A program made the position numbers and the translations under genes. DNA of 64,000 bases from an uncultured Desulfovibrionaceae bacterium (GTDB lineage: Bacteria; Desulfobacterota; Desulfovibrionia; Desulfovibrionales; Desulfovibrionaceae): contig CALGYO010000049.1 of NCBI GenBank assembly GCA_937934715.1, positions 19,257-83,256 on the forward strand, written 5' to 3'. Position 1 is the stretch's first letter. Each line of letters opens with the position of its first letter. Below are positions 38,160-47,804 of the stretch, one piece after another. Under the pieces are notes generated by a model. It did not search any database, was not told the DNA's origin, and saw only the letters and a program-made list of their open reading frames with translations.

Positions 38160-38543
38160 TTACTCCCGGTCAAATGCAAGGCGAACCCAGTCTTCAGCAT
38201 CTTGCATCGACTTGAAAATCTCTACCGTCCAAGTTGTATCACTCATGGCGATCTTGTATGTCTCCGCAAACTTCACCGATTCATTCTCAGAGGCTACTAT
38301 GGCTATTATTAGTCGGCGGTTGTTAATGGTGGCTGCTGCGTCCAAAGCGGCGGCGGCTTCCACATCATCATCTGATAAAACGTGTTGTTTTACACTCGAG
38401 AGGTCTACTATTCCGTAGCGCAGGTCGTCAAACCGAGGATCACCATAAATTTCCAGATTAGCTTTGACGCCATCTTGACCTGTAAGGGTACCATAGAACG
38501 TCCAGATTACTCCTCCGGGTTTCCAGGTGATATTGTAGGACAT
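38160..38543 (-). CDS. small STAS/SpoIIAA-like protein (inferred)
   Basis: 127 aa, stop 3 nt from the kinase-GNAT start; pattern of beta-alpha repeats ending ..IFKSMQDAEDWV typical of STAS-like antagonist proteins; assignment by eye only. Confidence 0.4.
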   Translation of the reverse strand: MSYNITWKPGGVIWTFYGTLTGQDGVKANLEIYGDPRFDDLRYGIVDLSSVKQHVLSDDDVEAAAALDAAATINNRRLIIAIVASENESVKFAETYKIAMSDTTWTVEIFKSMQDAEDWVRLAFDRE

Positions 38544-38672
38544 TTATTCGAGTCCTCACTATGCGATCAAGGGCCAGCCCGGTGGATGGAATGCGGGCCA
38601 AGGGAAGAGTTGGCAGCCCGCCAACTTTTGGGGACCCTCGGGAAAAAGAAAAGGGGTCAGGAACTTGGTTCC

Positions 38673-38734
38673 TAACCCCTTGAAATTTGTGGTGGAGCTG
38701 GAGGGAATCGAACCCACGACCTCTTGAATGCCAT
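38673..38734 (-). repeat. att-type direct repeat copy 2 (integrase-proximal)
   Basis: 62 bp identical to 35483-35544; 45 bp identical to the 3' end of tRNA-Ala at 52503-52547. Confidence 0.9.
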
Positions 38735-38910
38735 ACTGGCAATGCAGCATGCCAAAAAAACCAGAATAGCGGGATTCTGTAAAATAACAATTTGATTTAA
38801 CAGTGTTAAATGGATTAGGCATAGTCACTGCAATACTTCCTTGGTCATGTTTGTATATCAGTTCAGAACTGACAATTTGCTGACTATTAATTCTCGGCAA
38901 CACTCACCGG

Positions 38911-40062
38911 TTAGCAGGTAGCCTCAGCCTCGCATTTAACACTTTCGGCTTCATTATTCTGTGCTGAGAAAATGCCGTCCAGGACGCTAACCGCCTTAGT
39001 CCTGTGCTCAGGCGAAAGATGGGCATACTTCATGGTCATCTTGATATCGCGATGCCCCAGAAGCTCTTTGAGCACGAACAGATCGACGCCGCTCATGGCA
39101 AGGTTGCTCGCGAACGTGTGCCGCAGATCGTGGAAGTGAAAGTCCTCGATCTCTGCGGCCTCCAGCGTAGACGCCCAGGCGGTCTTGATGTCCTTGATCT
39201 CCCGGCCCTTCCAGGCGAACAGAAAGCTTCCTGACCTCTTGCCTTCTGCGGCCTTGCTCAGCACCCGATAGGTAGTTTCGTTCATCGGAATATGGCGAAT
39301 CTCGCCGTTCTTGGTCTTGGACGTGACGCCGAGGGTAATCCGGCGCTCTTCCAGGTTGACTTCTTTTCCAAGACGCAACCCAAGAATTTCACTTTTCCGC
39401 ATCCCGGTATGCAAGGCTGTCTGGACGATAGGCCGAAGATGGACAGGGCATGCATCCAGCAACCGCGCAACTTCCTTCGGCTTCAAATACCGCAGACGGC
39501 TTTTTTCCTTGAATCGCTTTTTGGCCGGGTTGACCGGGCAACGCAAAGCGAAGCCATAGTCTGAAGCAATGGTGTACATATGAGACAAGGTAGATATAAC
39601 GCGATTGAACATAACTTCGGTACCGGCCTTTTTCATATTCGCCTTGTACGCATCAACCTCCTTGTCCGTTATTTCATCAAGGAATAGCGAACCCCACATT
39701 TCCGATATTATGTTTATGTAGTATTTCTTTGAATAATACCCTCTGTTGTTCAACTCGCACCACGGACGATAATGCTCTTCGATGAACGTTGATATCTTGA
39801 CTTTTGGCGTCTCTCGACGGTCGATGTACTTGTTTTCCGCAATCGCCGTTTCGACATTTCTCAGAAAGTTTTCAGCGGCCTTCTTGCTCGGACCGATTTT
39901 CTTTTGCCTTGTCCTTCCGTGTGGGTCCGTCCACTGTGCATAATATATCTTTTGGTCAAATTGGATCGGCTTTCCGCATCCCTTGCCACTCTTGCTTATG
40001 CATTTCTTCGCCGACGCGCCCAACAGCTTCTTGCAATATGTACAACGAATTAACAGAGGCAT
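38911..40062 (-). CDS. int: tyrosine-type site-specific integrase
   Basis: Catalytic blocks HTGMRKSEIL, HFHDLRHTFAS, LLGHRDIKMTMKYAHL; ends 177 bp from the att repeat. Confidence 0.9.
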   Translation of the reverse strand: MPLLIRCTYCKKLLGASAKKCISKSGKGCGKPIQFDQKIYYAQWTDPHGRTRQKKIGPSKKAAENFLRNVETAIAENKYIDRRETPKVKISTFIEEHYRPWCELNNRGYYSKKYYINIISEMWGSLFLDEITDKEVDAYKANMKKAGTEVMFNRVISTLSHMYTIASDYGFALRCPVNPAKKRFKEKSRLRYLKPKEVARLLDACPVHLRPIVQTALHTGMRKSEILGLRLGKEVNLEERRITLGVTSKTKNGEIRHIPMNETTYRVLSKAAEGKRSGSFLFAWKGREIKDIKTAWASTLEAAEIEDFHFHDLRHTFASNLAMSGVDLFVLKELLGHRDIKMTMKYAHLSPEHRTKAVSVLDGIFSAQNNEAESVKCEAEATC

Positions 40063-40121
40063 ATATAGTCTCCCCGCTTATGCATGCGGCCCGGCTGTCG
40101 TCGGGCCGCATGCCTCTCGAA

Positions 40122-40409
40122 TCAGGACAGCTTATTTACGTTATCCACAACATCCCCAATAGCGTAGGACAGGCCACGGAGCAGGCCTACGGGTTTAATC
40201 TTCTCGCTTTCCATCTTGAGGGAGGTAAATTCGAGAAGTAAAAGCCGGTCCCGGACTTTTGAGATGGCGTGACGACGTTCGAGTTCCTCAAGGATACCTT
40301 GTGGGTCAACGATGGGGCGGTTAGCCTCTTCGGTAGCCTTGGAGGATTGGGGAGCGATTCGTAAAGGCTTGCGGGGAATAGAAGAGTCTTGTACTGACTT
40401 TGCAGACAT
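40122..40409 (-). CDS. hypothetical protein (95 aa)
   Basis: ATG (MSAKSVQD) preceded by strong GAGGAGG RBS; no recognisable motif. Confidence 0.5.
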   Translation of the reverse strand: MSAKSVQDSSIPRKPLRIAPQSSKATEEANRPIVDPQGILEELERRHAISKVRDRLLLLEFTSLKMESEKIKPVGLLRGLSYAIGDVVDNVNKLS

Positions 40410-41012
40410 TGCGTACCTCCTCGATAGGTCGCTGTGTTTAGGTCCGGTTCGGTGTTGGTAGCACCGTTCCGGGCCGCTTTTTTGGTAGACGTCTGCAAAA
40501 TACGTCACTCCCAGTCACCGCGCAAGCGTTTTTTTCTCGCGTCCCTTGCTTTTCCTCAACAATTGGCAATCATTACGCAAAACCCTACCATTAACGGTCA
40601 AAATGCCGTCCACAAAAGGCGTCTTGCGTTCGCCGCGCCCAGATAAAGAGCGATGCTACATTTTCAGACTATTTCCGTTCGTAAATACTCCTTTCCTCCC
40701 TGGCCCACTTTCGGCCCCGGCTCACTCACACGAAACACGCTGAAAGGCGTGTGGAGGCGTTCAATAGCCATCCTGTGTCGCGAGGCGGCCCATGCTTCGC
40801 CTTGGAGTTTTCAAGCGTCCACAGGCCCGTCCCTGTCCGTTTTTTCTCACATAGTCTCTTGTCGTCACATTCAGCGCCCGGCCTGGACCCTTTACGCTCC
40901 CGAATCCGTCCGGCGGGACCATTTACGACGCATGCGACCCAGCGGGACCATTTATGCATGCGCGACCCATTGCCGACTTCTTCCGGGACGACCACCGAAC
41001 GCCTTGACCTGG

Positions 41013-41483
41013 CTATCCCTTCTCTGCTTCGTCAATGGCTTGCTGGATGATATCCAGGCATTGCCGTATCCACGGATCGGGAATCCCTCCGCCCGCCTCA
41101 GTCAGGAACGGTCTGGCTGGTATCTTCCCGCCGCCTTTCAGCGTCGCGCCCAGTTGATGAAACACCCCATGCGGAGCGTCGGGACCGATTTCAACGCGGT
41201 TCCCCAGAACGCGACTTTGGAGCGATCCGCGCAGCTCTCCCGAGTCGTGAAGAATCTTCCCCGGCCACGTCCCCTTCTTTTTCCTTCTCAGGACCGAACC
41301 GAACGCCAACGGCTTCCAGCTCGCCCCGTCCGGCGAGGATTCGCGCTCGAAGCTTTCATGTACCCTGGACAGAATCGCCTGCCCAATGACGTCTAAAACA
41401 GGCTCAAGGTTGCCGACCTTTTCCTTGTAGGCATCCAATGTCCGCTGCAAGGATTCATTCTCGATCTTGATTTTTATATCCAC
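41013..41483 (-). CDS. phage virion morphogenesis protein (Mu gpG-like)
   Basis: ILHDSGELRGSL...GVFHQLG...IPARPFL pattern of the gpG/virion-morphogenesis family. Confidence 0.65.
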   Translation of the reverse strand: MDIKIKIENESLQRTLDAYKEKVGNLEPVLDVIGQAILSRVHESFERESSPDGASWKPLAFGSVLRRKKKGTWPGKILHDSGELRGSLQSRVLGNRVEIGPDAPHGVFHQLGATLKGGGKIPARPFLTEAGGGIPDPWIRQCLDIIQQAIDEAEKG

Positions 41484-41501
41484 AGCAATGCCCCCTATAA
41501 A

Positions 41502-42515
41502 TTAAATCTCGGAAAGTCTCTTTACCCTGCCTTCAGTGGTCATCTTGCTTAAAGATATTTTTCCATCTTTGAATAGATCAAACCTTGTTTTCCCCAAAAC
41601 CTTCCGAACAAAATCAGGATTGCTTTCAAGCTGCCTGTTCATCCATTGTTCATAGGTTTCTTTCACAGGCCGTTGATTCCAGCCCTTGACCATGGCTTGA
41701 TACAGGCACCGACAGCGCCAATGCCGGGGCAATGAGGGGCGGAGTTCTGCCGCAGAAAACTCTTTCCCGTGGTCATTGCCGCACACGAGGCAGGCCGCCC
41801 CATCCAGGATCGCGGAGTAACGCCAGCCTTCCAACCTATCCCCCAAGGCCTTTTCCGATTGTTTTTCCCTGGCGTAATTGCTCGCGCTCGCCATCCAGGT
41901 ACGCGCCAACCCCTCAAGGCCGTAGCGACTCCCGGCGATTCCCTTTGACTGAAGGAATTTGATTGTTTCACGAATACCCCGGCCTTCCTCCATGGCCTGC
42001 ATCAACGCCGCATTGATCCTGTCAGCCGTGTTGCGCTCAAGTTTTGCAATCCACTGGTTAATCGTCAGGCCTTCAACCGTCGTCATCTCCCGCCACAGAG
42101 CAACCGCTTCATCGCTTGCAGTCCACGCTACGACCTCAGACCGAAATGTAAATTTGACGAGTGGAACTGAAAGCATCTCATTTCCTGTTTTGAGAATCAG
42201 ATTCAATGTATGCTTAGAAGAAGAGGAGAGAACATCCTTGGCGGCTTCTTCTATATCGCGAGTTATCGTTACATAAATTTCTGCCGTTCTTGTTTGTACA
42301 TGCTTTCTTTGTGCTGCGAGGAATTTTCTTTTACGTGAAACTGGCTCGTTTCTGTATTCACCCTTGAGCATATTCACTTCAAGAAATCCTACCTCAGCAA
42401 TCAGCGCTACGATGAAAGCATCAAGAATTGCGTTTGTTTCTTCCGATAACTCAGATGCTCTTTGATCCACTTCATGTTCAAACTGCAATATGCTATCAAG
42501 ATACTCATCTTTCAT
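41502..42515 (-). CDS. phage head morphogenesis protein (Mu F / SPP1 gp7 family)
   Basis: C-terminal CLVCGNDHGKEF...LPRHWRCRC motif characteristic of the family. Confidence 0.75.
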   Translation of the reverse strand: MKDEYLDSILQFEHEVDQRASELSEETNAILDAFIVALIAEVGFLEVNMLKGEYRNEPVSRKRKFLAAQRKHVQTRTAEIYVTITRDIEEAAKDVLSSSSKHTLNLILKTGNEMLSVPLVKFTFRSEVVAWTASDEAVALWREMTTVEGLTINQWIAKLERNTADRINAALMQAMEEGRGIRETIKFLQSKGIAGSRYGLEGLARTWMASASNYAREKQSEKALGDRLEGWRYSAILDGAACLVCGNDHGKEFSAAELRPSLPRHWRCRCLYQAMVKGWNQRPVKETYEQWMNRQLESNPDFVRKVLGKTRFDLFKDGKISLSKMTTEGRVKRLSEI

Positions 42516-42516
42516 G

Positions 42517-42906
42517 TCATGCTCCGTACGAGAGAGGTTCTAAAATTGTAACGGTAAACTCTATCGTCGGAGAATTATCATCGTCTAATATATTTTCAAT
42601 AACTGTCCGTGCTCCATTTATGATAAAGCGATCAAGCTGTTTTGGCTTAAAATCTATAGATGATTTTAGGATTGTGACTGTTCTGACGGCTCTTTCAACT
42701 GTTTTTCCGCCAGGGACGTCATTCATATCGTCCTTCTTAATCCCCTCAATAATCGCCTTAACTGTGAATTCTTCCCAGTTTTCGGGGACATCCCAATTTG
42801 CGGGTCCAGGTACTATCAATCGCCGATAGACAACATCGCATGTGAGGTCTCCAGCGGCCTTGAAAGCGACGCCCGCCGCTTTGGCTACAATGCCTTTCAA
42901 TCCCAT
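42517..42906 (-). CDS. hypothetical protein, possible head-closure/head-tail joining protein
   Basis: 129 aa, tightly packed between adaptor and MuF-like genes; function inferred from position only. Confidence 0.35.
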   Translation of the reverse strand: MGLKGIVAKAAGVAFKAAGDLTCDVVYRRLIVPGPANWDVPENWEEFTVKAIIEGIKKDDMNDVPGGKTVERAVRTVTILKSSIDFKPKQLDRFIINGARTVIENILDDDNSPTIEFTVTILEPLSYGA

Positions 42907-42908
42907 GG

Positions 42909-43379
42909 CTACCTCCCCAGGCTGATTGTTCCGCAGCCGCCTTCACGCCGCCCCAGGTTCGAGACAAGAGCAAAGACGCTTTCGGGGATGACGCCTCGCC
43001 GGTCATTCGGATCAATCTTCAGCCGGATTTTGTTCACCTGAATTTCGGAGAAGCCGGACGTCTCCGGGATCGCGGTCACGTCTTCCGCCAGAAGCACAAG
43101 GGCAAGCTCCATTTGGGCCACCCTGACGGCATCCGGGATCAAATCCGCGCCGATGCTATCCACGCCCGCCCTTGGCCATTCAAGAGCTTGTTCCAGGTCC
43201 GTCTTGCGCCCCTTCCAGCGAATATGACCGTCAAGGAGAACCCTGGACATGAGCAACGCCTTTTGCCGGTTTTCATCCGTCGCGTTGTCCCAGGCGTCGG
43301 CATAGAGCCGAACGGAAAAATATGCGGCGGCCCGTTCTTCGCTCACGTAGCTGTCTATTCCTTCCGTCACCGTCGGCAT
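42909..43379 (-). CDS. head-tail connector/adaptor (gp6-like)
   Basis: N-terminal SYVSEERAAAYF...ADAWDNA...KALLM pattern of gp6-type adaptors; lies directly downstream of the capsid gene. Confidence 0.55.
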   Translation of the reverse strand: MPTVTEGIDSYVSEERAAAYFSVRLYADAWDNATDENRQKALLMSRVLLDGHIRWKGRKTDLEQALEWPRAGVDSIGADLIPDAVRVAQMELALVLLAEDVTAIPETSGFSEIQVNKIRLKIDPNDRRGVIPESVFALVSNLGRREGGCGTISLGR

Positions 43380-43427
43380 GATCCACCTCGAAGAGGCGGG
43401 AGCGGCGAACCGCCCCCGCCCGGTTGG

Positions 43428-44339
43428 TTAAGCGTTCTTGATCGCCCGCAGTCTGGACGCCGCCTTGGGATGGAAGACGGTGATGCTGCAAATCCATTCG
43501 ATCAGGGTTTGATAGAAAATGCCCTGTAAGCCCTGGTCGAGCACGTCCATAGGCCCGGCCTGCAAGCCGGAAACCCACTCCTTGACGCCGAACCGGACGG
43601 CGTAGATCGACGTACAAGCGGCGGCGGTGTCCGCGCTGTCCGCTTCGTCGAAGTCAAGGATGGCATTTCCTTGGGCGTCATCCTCGATCACGCCGATGGG
43701 GATGCCAGCATAGCTTTGAATCTGGCGTCCGAACGAATCGGAAAGGGGTTCCGTCGCCTGGTTAGCGGCCCGCATGAGGGCGTTGACCTTGCGGCGCATG
43801 GTCTTGTTCATGAAAAGCACGTCCGGCCCGCCCTGGACGGCATCAATCGCTTCATCCAGCTTGGCCAGGGTCAAGGCGTCGCCCCCGGCGGTTTCGCCGG
43901 CGCTCAGAACCTGCCCGCCGGTAAGCCGCTTTTCGAGTCCGTCAAACCCCTTCGGGTTCGCGGTCTCGTCCCCCTTGAAAAAGGACTTCGTGAAGTCGAG
44001 AGCGGCGGCCTTGGCCTTCATGCCGTCGTGAACGGCGCGGAGGTTGTTCACCTTGCCCTGCGTCTTCACCTGCGCCCGGTCGAGCTTGGAAAGCCCGCCG
44101 AAGATCTTCAGGTTCTCCGTTTGCGGATTCACCACGCCCGTGCTTTCGTCATAGGTTTCGTTGTAGCCGCGGAACGCCACGCCCGGCAGGGTTTCTTCCA
44201 GATTCCACTGGTAGGCGTTGCCCTGGACGTCCAGGAAAGGCAGGCGTTCCAAAACCGGCGACGTGCGCGGAAAGATTTCCACGACGCCCTTTTGCAGCGG
44301 GTTCTGAATCAGCTTGGAGGCCTCGATAAGAGTCAGCAT
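43428..44339 (-). CDS. major capsid protein
   Basis: 303-aa protein immediately after the scaffold gene; N-terminus MLTLIEASKLIQNPL..GVVE..F resembles a known class of HK97-fold capsid proteins; mainly positional. Confidence 0.65.
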   Translation of the reverse strand: MLTLIEASKLIQNPLQKGVVEIFPRTSPVLERLPFLDVQGNAYQWNLEETLPGVAFRGYNETYDESTGVVNPQTENLKIFGGLSKLDRAQVKTQGKVNNLRAVHDGMKAKAAALDFTKSFFKGDETANPKGFDGLEKRLTGGQVLSAGETAGGDALTLAKLDEAIDAVQGGPDVLFMNKTMRRKVNALMRAANQATEPLSDSFGRQIQSYAGIPIGVIEDDAQGNAILDFDEADSADTAAACTSIYAVRFGVKEWVSGLQAGPMDVLDQGLQGIFYQTLIEWICSITVFHPKAASRLRAIKNA

Positions 44340-44342
44340 TTG

Positions 44343-44768
44343 TTATGCTCCCTGATTTTTGTACCCCTGGGCGATGACCGCATAGGGATGCATGTTCTCG
44401 TGATTCTGGGGCGGTTTCCCGCCCGGCCGCTCCGAGTCCGGCCCGTTTGACTGGACGGCTTTCCCGAAAAGGCCTTTCTTCATGGCCGCGCGAATCCACT
44501 TGATCTTGTCCGCCGGGGGGAGGTTCGGGACGATATCCCGCATGTCCTCGGGGATTTCTTCAAGCGCCTCATCGGCCAGCCCTTTCAAGGTTTCTTCAGC
44601 CGCCTTTTTTTGCTCGTTCACCTGATGGAAACGGGCATAAGGAACGGATTTTTCGGCGCCGTGGCCGGGGTTCTGAGCCGGATCGTCTCCCGCGCCGTTC
44701 TGGCCGGGAGTCTGGTTCTGGTCGCCGTTAACGGAGGCGTCGCCGGGGTTCTGGTTCAGGTCAGACAT
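44343..44768 (-). CDS. capsid scaffolding protein
   Basis: Low-complexity acidic/Q,N,G-rich N-terminus and helical C-terminus, between portal and capsid genes. Confidence 0.55.
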   Translation of the reverse strand: MSDLNQNPGDASVNGDQNQTPGQNGAGDDPAQNPGHGAEKSVPYARFHQVNEQKKAAEETLKGLADEALEEIPEDMRDIVPNLPPADKIKWIRAAMKKGLFGKAVQSNGPDSERPGGKPPQNHENMHPYAVIAQGYKNQGA

Positions 44769-44798
44769 GTTGCTTCTCCTTTTACGGCGGATAGCCGG

Positions 44799-46115
44799 TT
44801 ATATCGTTTGCTCATTAAGCTGGCGGGTTTCGTCCCGCAGCTTGAGCAGAAACGCCATTGCGTCTTCCCGCGTCGTAAGATCAGGATTTCTTTCCATGAC
44901 AACATCCACGGGAGAAATGACGCCCATTTCAAGAAGCTGGTCGAATGTCTCGGCTTGCTCCTTAGGGCTTACTTGCGGGGTAGGATCAAAGAAATCTGTC
45001 AAGAGCGTCGCACCGTCGCTCATCTTTCTGTTTGGATTGTGCGCGTTCCACACAGCGTGAAAAACTTGGAAAATGCGCTGTTCATAGACGCGGAACAAAG
45101 AAACGTCGTCACGCCGCATTTCAAGCAACTCGAAGTTACTCACCATTTTCGAGACGCCGCTTTCCTCGGTTGGGTCCGTGCTCAGGCTGGACGCGGGAAG
45201 ACCGTTTGAAATCGCGGCCCACTTTACAAGCTTGTCAATGGCGTCAACCGCCTCGGCAATTTGCGCCTCAGTGGCCGCGTATCCGAGTTCCCCGTTTTCA
45301 GGCAGCTCAACCAGGGAGCCGGGATCAATGGAGTCAAGGGACTCACCGCCCCGGCCCTTGATGTAGCCGACGCCGAAGGCCTGAAAGCGGATGACGTGCA
45401 GCAGGTCCACAAGGCGTTCGTTTATGGCTTCCTGGACGCTCAGGACGTCATCGCCGCCATCAAGCCAGAAATCGCTTCCTATGGGCGTCCTGTCCCATGC
45501 TGGAACGAACGGGATCAGGCCGTAGGGGTTCGCGCCGGATTCAATCTCCCGGCCCTGGTAGTTGAGCTTTCGCCAAGCCTCGGGAGTCCAAACGGAAAAG
45601 GTCACGTCATCAAGGCGTTCCGATGGGCCGTAATGCGTCACGGCGACGGAAAGCACGTCCTCGGGAGATTGGCCGGTTTGAACGTCAAGGATATCCGGCG
45701 TCAGAATGTCCAGATCCATTTTGCCATTCCGCCAGACAGGCCGAAGCATGACCGTTTTCAGAAGCTTGACGTACCTGGACGCCGTTTTTAGCTTCATATC
45801 CAGGCCGCTTGACCGGGATATCTCCGCAAAAATCTCCTTGTCCCGGTCCGCGCCTTCTATCTCGCGCTTCGGAACCTGCCAGTAGACTTGTGCGAGGCGG
45901 TTGACGATCTTCTTGACGATGTTGATGAAGACCGGGCGCAACTTTTCGGGATGCTGAAAGCGTTTTTCAAGCTCCACCAGAAGGTAAGGCAATTGGCCGT
46001 CATGGTAGAAGTCCAAACGCCGCCGCGCTTCATTTTTCCTCGCCGCGTTGATTTGCAAAATGGCCTTTTGAAAAACGTCCGCAACCACCAATTGTCCGAC
46101 ATTGCCTAGCAACAT
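44799..46115 (-). CDS. portal protein
   Basis: 438 aa directly downstream of the large terminase; size and position typical of portals. Confidence 0.65.
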   Translation of the reverse strand: MLLGNVGQLVVADVFQKAILQINAARKNEARRRLDFYHDGQLPYLLVELEKRFQHPEKLRPVFINIVKKIVNRLAQVYWQVPKREIEGADRDKEIFAEISRSSGLDMKLKTASRYVKLLKTVMLRPVWRNGKMDLDILTPDILDVQTGQSPEDVLSVAVTHYGPSERLDDVTFSVWTPEAWRKLNYQGREIESGANPYGLIPFVPAWDRTPIGSDFWLDGGDDVLSVQEAINERLVDLLHVIRFQAFGVGYIKGRGGESLDSIDPGSLVELPENGELGYAATEAQIAEAVDAIDKLVKWAAISNGLPASSLSTDPTEESGVSKMVSNFELLEMRRDDVSLFRVYEQRIFQVFHAVWNAHNPNRKMSDGATLLTDFFDPTPQVSPKEQAETFDQLLEMGVISPVDVVMERNPDLTTREDAMAFLLKLRDETRQLNEQTI

Positions 46116-46126
46116 TTCATCACCGC

Positions 46127-47803
46127 CTATGCATTTTGATAAACTTTGACGCCAGAAAGCCGAACTTTCGACTTGAAAAAGGCAGGCATTGACAATTCAG
46201 AATCAACTTTCCGCCTTCTGTACTGTAGATACATGCCTTCAACTCTTTTATGCGCTTCACATGTCTCAGAGCATGGAAGTAGCATTTCACCGGCCCGCAA
46301 GTAGCACAGCTTTGCATGGGAGCTAGAAGAGCGGCAAACGATGCTTCTTAGTTCGTATGTTGCTAATTCCGATTCTCTCAAGCTCCATATAGCCCAGGAA
46401 AGCGAATATACCCGGTCATCGTTGAAGCCTTTCGCATGGCCGAATTTGGGTTGCTTTCCCGTGGTATCGTAAATGAACGTCTTCATTTCAGCGGCCAAGC
46501 GTTCAAGGTCAGTCGCAAAATGAAGCCGCCCTTCGGCAACGATCCTGTGCAGTTCGGTGAAGGCTGGGACTTGGGCGGTTGTGGTTGCATGAACGACTTC
46601 AACGGGGATTTTGCTTTCCTGAGCCCAGGAAGCTATATCCTGAGCGTTGTAAGCTTCTATGACCACATTTTCGAGCTCATAGCGTTCATTGTCCTCGGAA
46701 ATCGCTTTTTTGATGCCTCTTCCCGATGAAAATGAAATGTTCTTTTGGTTAAGAACCCAGTAGTGCGGCTCGCCATCAAAACCGGCCACCTTTGCTACAA
46801 CGGTCCATATGGTCGCATCCCCGTGCAGAGAGAAGCCATAGGCCCGGTCAAGGCCGCCCCCCACAATGAACTTACGCCCACTGAAGAGCTTCGCGGCTTC
46901 GGCCTGAGCAAGAGGGACCGCGTAGGCCGTCCGGCAAGCCTGGATATCGTCGGGCTTGAAAAGCGAATTGAGGGCCGCGCCGCGCTTGCCGAGAATGTCC
47001 CGCTCGAAGGCCGCCGGAAGTTGTGTCCGCTGGAGCCGCTTGGCCTTCTCCCGGTTGATCCACTTGGGCGCCGCTTCCAGGTAGTGTTCAAAGTCCCGGT
47101 ATTCGATGCGGCGGCAAAATATCTTGTCATCCTCTTCGGCTTCCTGTTCGAGCCTGTGAACGTGCCCGCCTTCCCCGTCCGTGTTCGCGTCAATCAGGCA
47201 AAGCGTATCCTCGGAATCCAAAAGCGAAGCCTGAAAGGCGTCGAACGGCGCGAGGTCCGGGCAGGCGTGAAAGTCGCCAACCCAAAGGACGTTCACCTTG
47301 TCGCCGAAGGCGTTCGCCACGGTCCCCGCCGCCGCCTGGATGATGTTTCCCATTTCTGGCAGGCGGATTTCCTTCCGCTGCATGTTCTCGGCTTTGACCA
47401 TGCGGCGAAGGGCGGGCGTGTTGCGGATGATCCGGCGAACCGTCCGCATTTGAACCCGGTCCGTGTGGCTTTCCGTGTTGCCGAGAACCTGAAAGGTCCA
47501 GTTCCGCCGGGACGTGAAGAGCCACAGGACAACCAGGCCGAAAATGTTGGTCTTGCCATGGCGGCGCGGCGTCACAGCCAAGGCGAGGTTGCACAGAAAG
47601 CGCCCCTCGGGATCAGCCTGAAGCGTCCCGTCAATGATCTCGCGTTGCCACTCTTCAAGCTCGACGGGCGAATAGTGGTTGTTCGCCTTGAGAATGTGCG
47701 GCTTCACGTCCTCAAGCCAGTTGTAGAAACCCGCCGCGCCCGGTTCGTTCCAGGCCGCAAGGATTTCTTCCGTGGTCTTGCCGGTCTTGGCCTGCGCGGT
47801 CAT
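46127..47803 (-). CDS. terL: terminase large subunit
   Basis: ATPase region (PRRHGKTN Walker A-like, VLWVGDFH Walker B-like) and C-terminal nuclease-like region; start at MTAQAKTG, 1 nt after the upstream gene's stop. Confidence 0.75.
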   Translation of the reverse strand: MTAQAKTGKTTEEILAAWNEPGAAGFYNWLEDVKPHILKANNHYSPVELEEWQREIIDGTLQADPEGRFLCNLALAVTPRRHGKTNIFGLVVLWLFTSRRNWTFQVLGNTESHTDRVQMRTVRRIIRNTPALRRMVKAENMQRKEIRLPEMGNIIQAAAGTVANAFGDKVNVLWVGDFHACPDLAPFDAFQASLLDSEDTLCLIDANTDGEGGHVHRLEQEAEEDDKIFCRRIEYRDFEHYLEAAPKWINREKAKRLQRTQLPAAFERDILGKRGAALNSLFKPDDIQACRTAYAVPLAQAEAAKLFSGRKFIVGGGLDRAYGFSLHGDATIWTVVAKVAGFDGEPHYWVLNQKNISFSSGRGIKKAISEDNERYELENVVIEAYNAQDIASWAQESKIPVEVVHATTTAQVPAFTELHRIVAEGRLHFATDLERLAAEMKTFIYDTTGKQPKFGHAKGFNDDRVYSLSWAIWSLRESELATYELRSIVCRSSSSHAKLCYLRAGEMLLPCSETCEAHKRVEGMYLQYRRRKVDSELSMPAFFKSKVRLSGVKVYQNA

Positions 47804-47804
47804 G

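Noticed and set aside
40653-41396. 247-aa plus-strand ORF in the satellite
   Set aside because: It is antisense to the gpG-like gene over half its length, and the rest covers the repeat-bearing non-coding gap; no RBS or motif.
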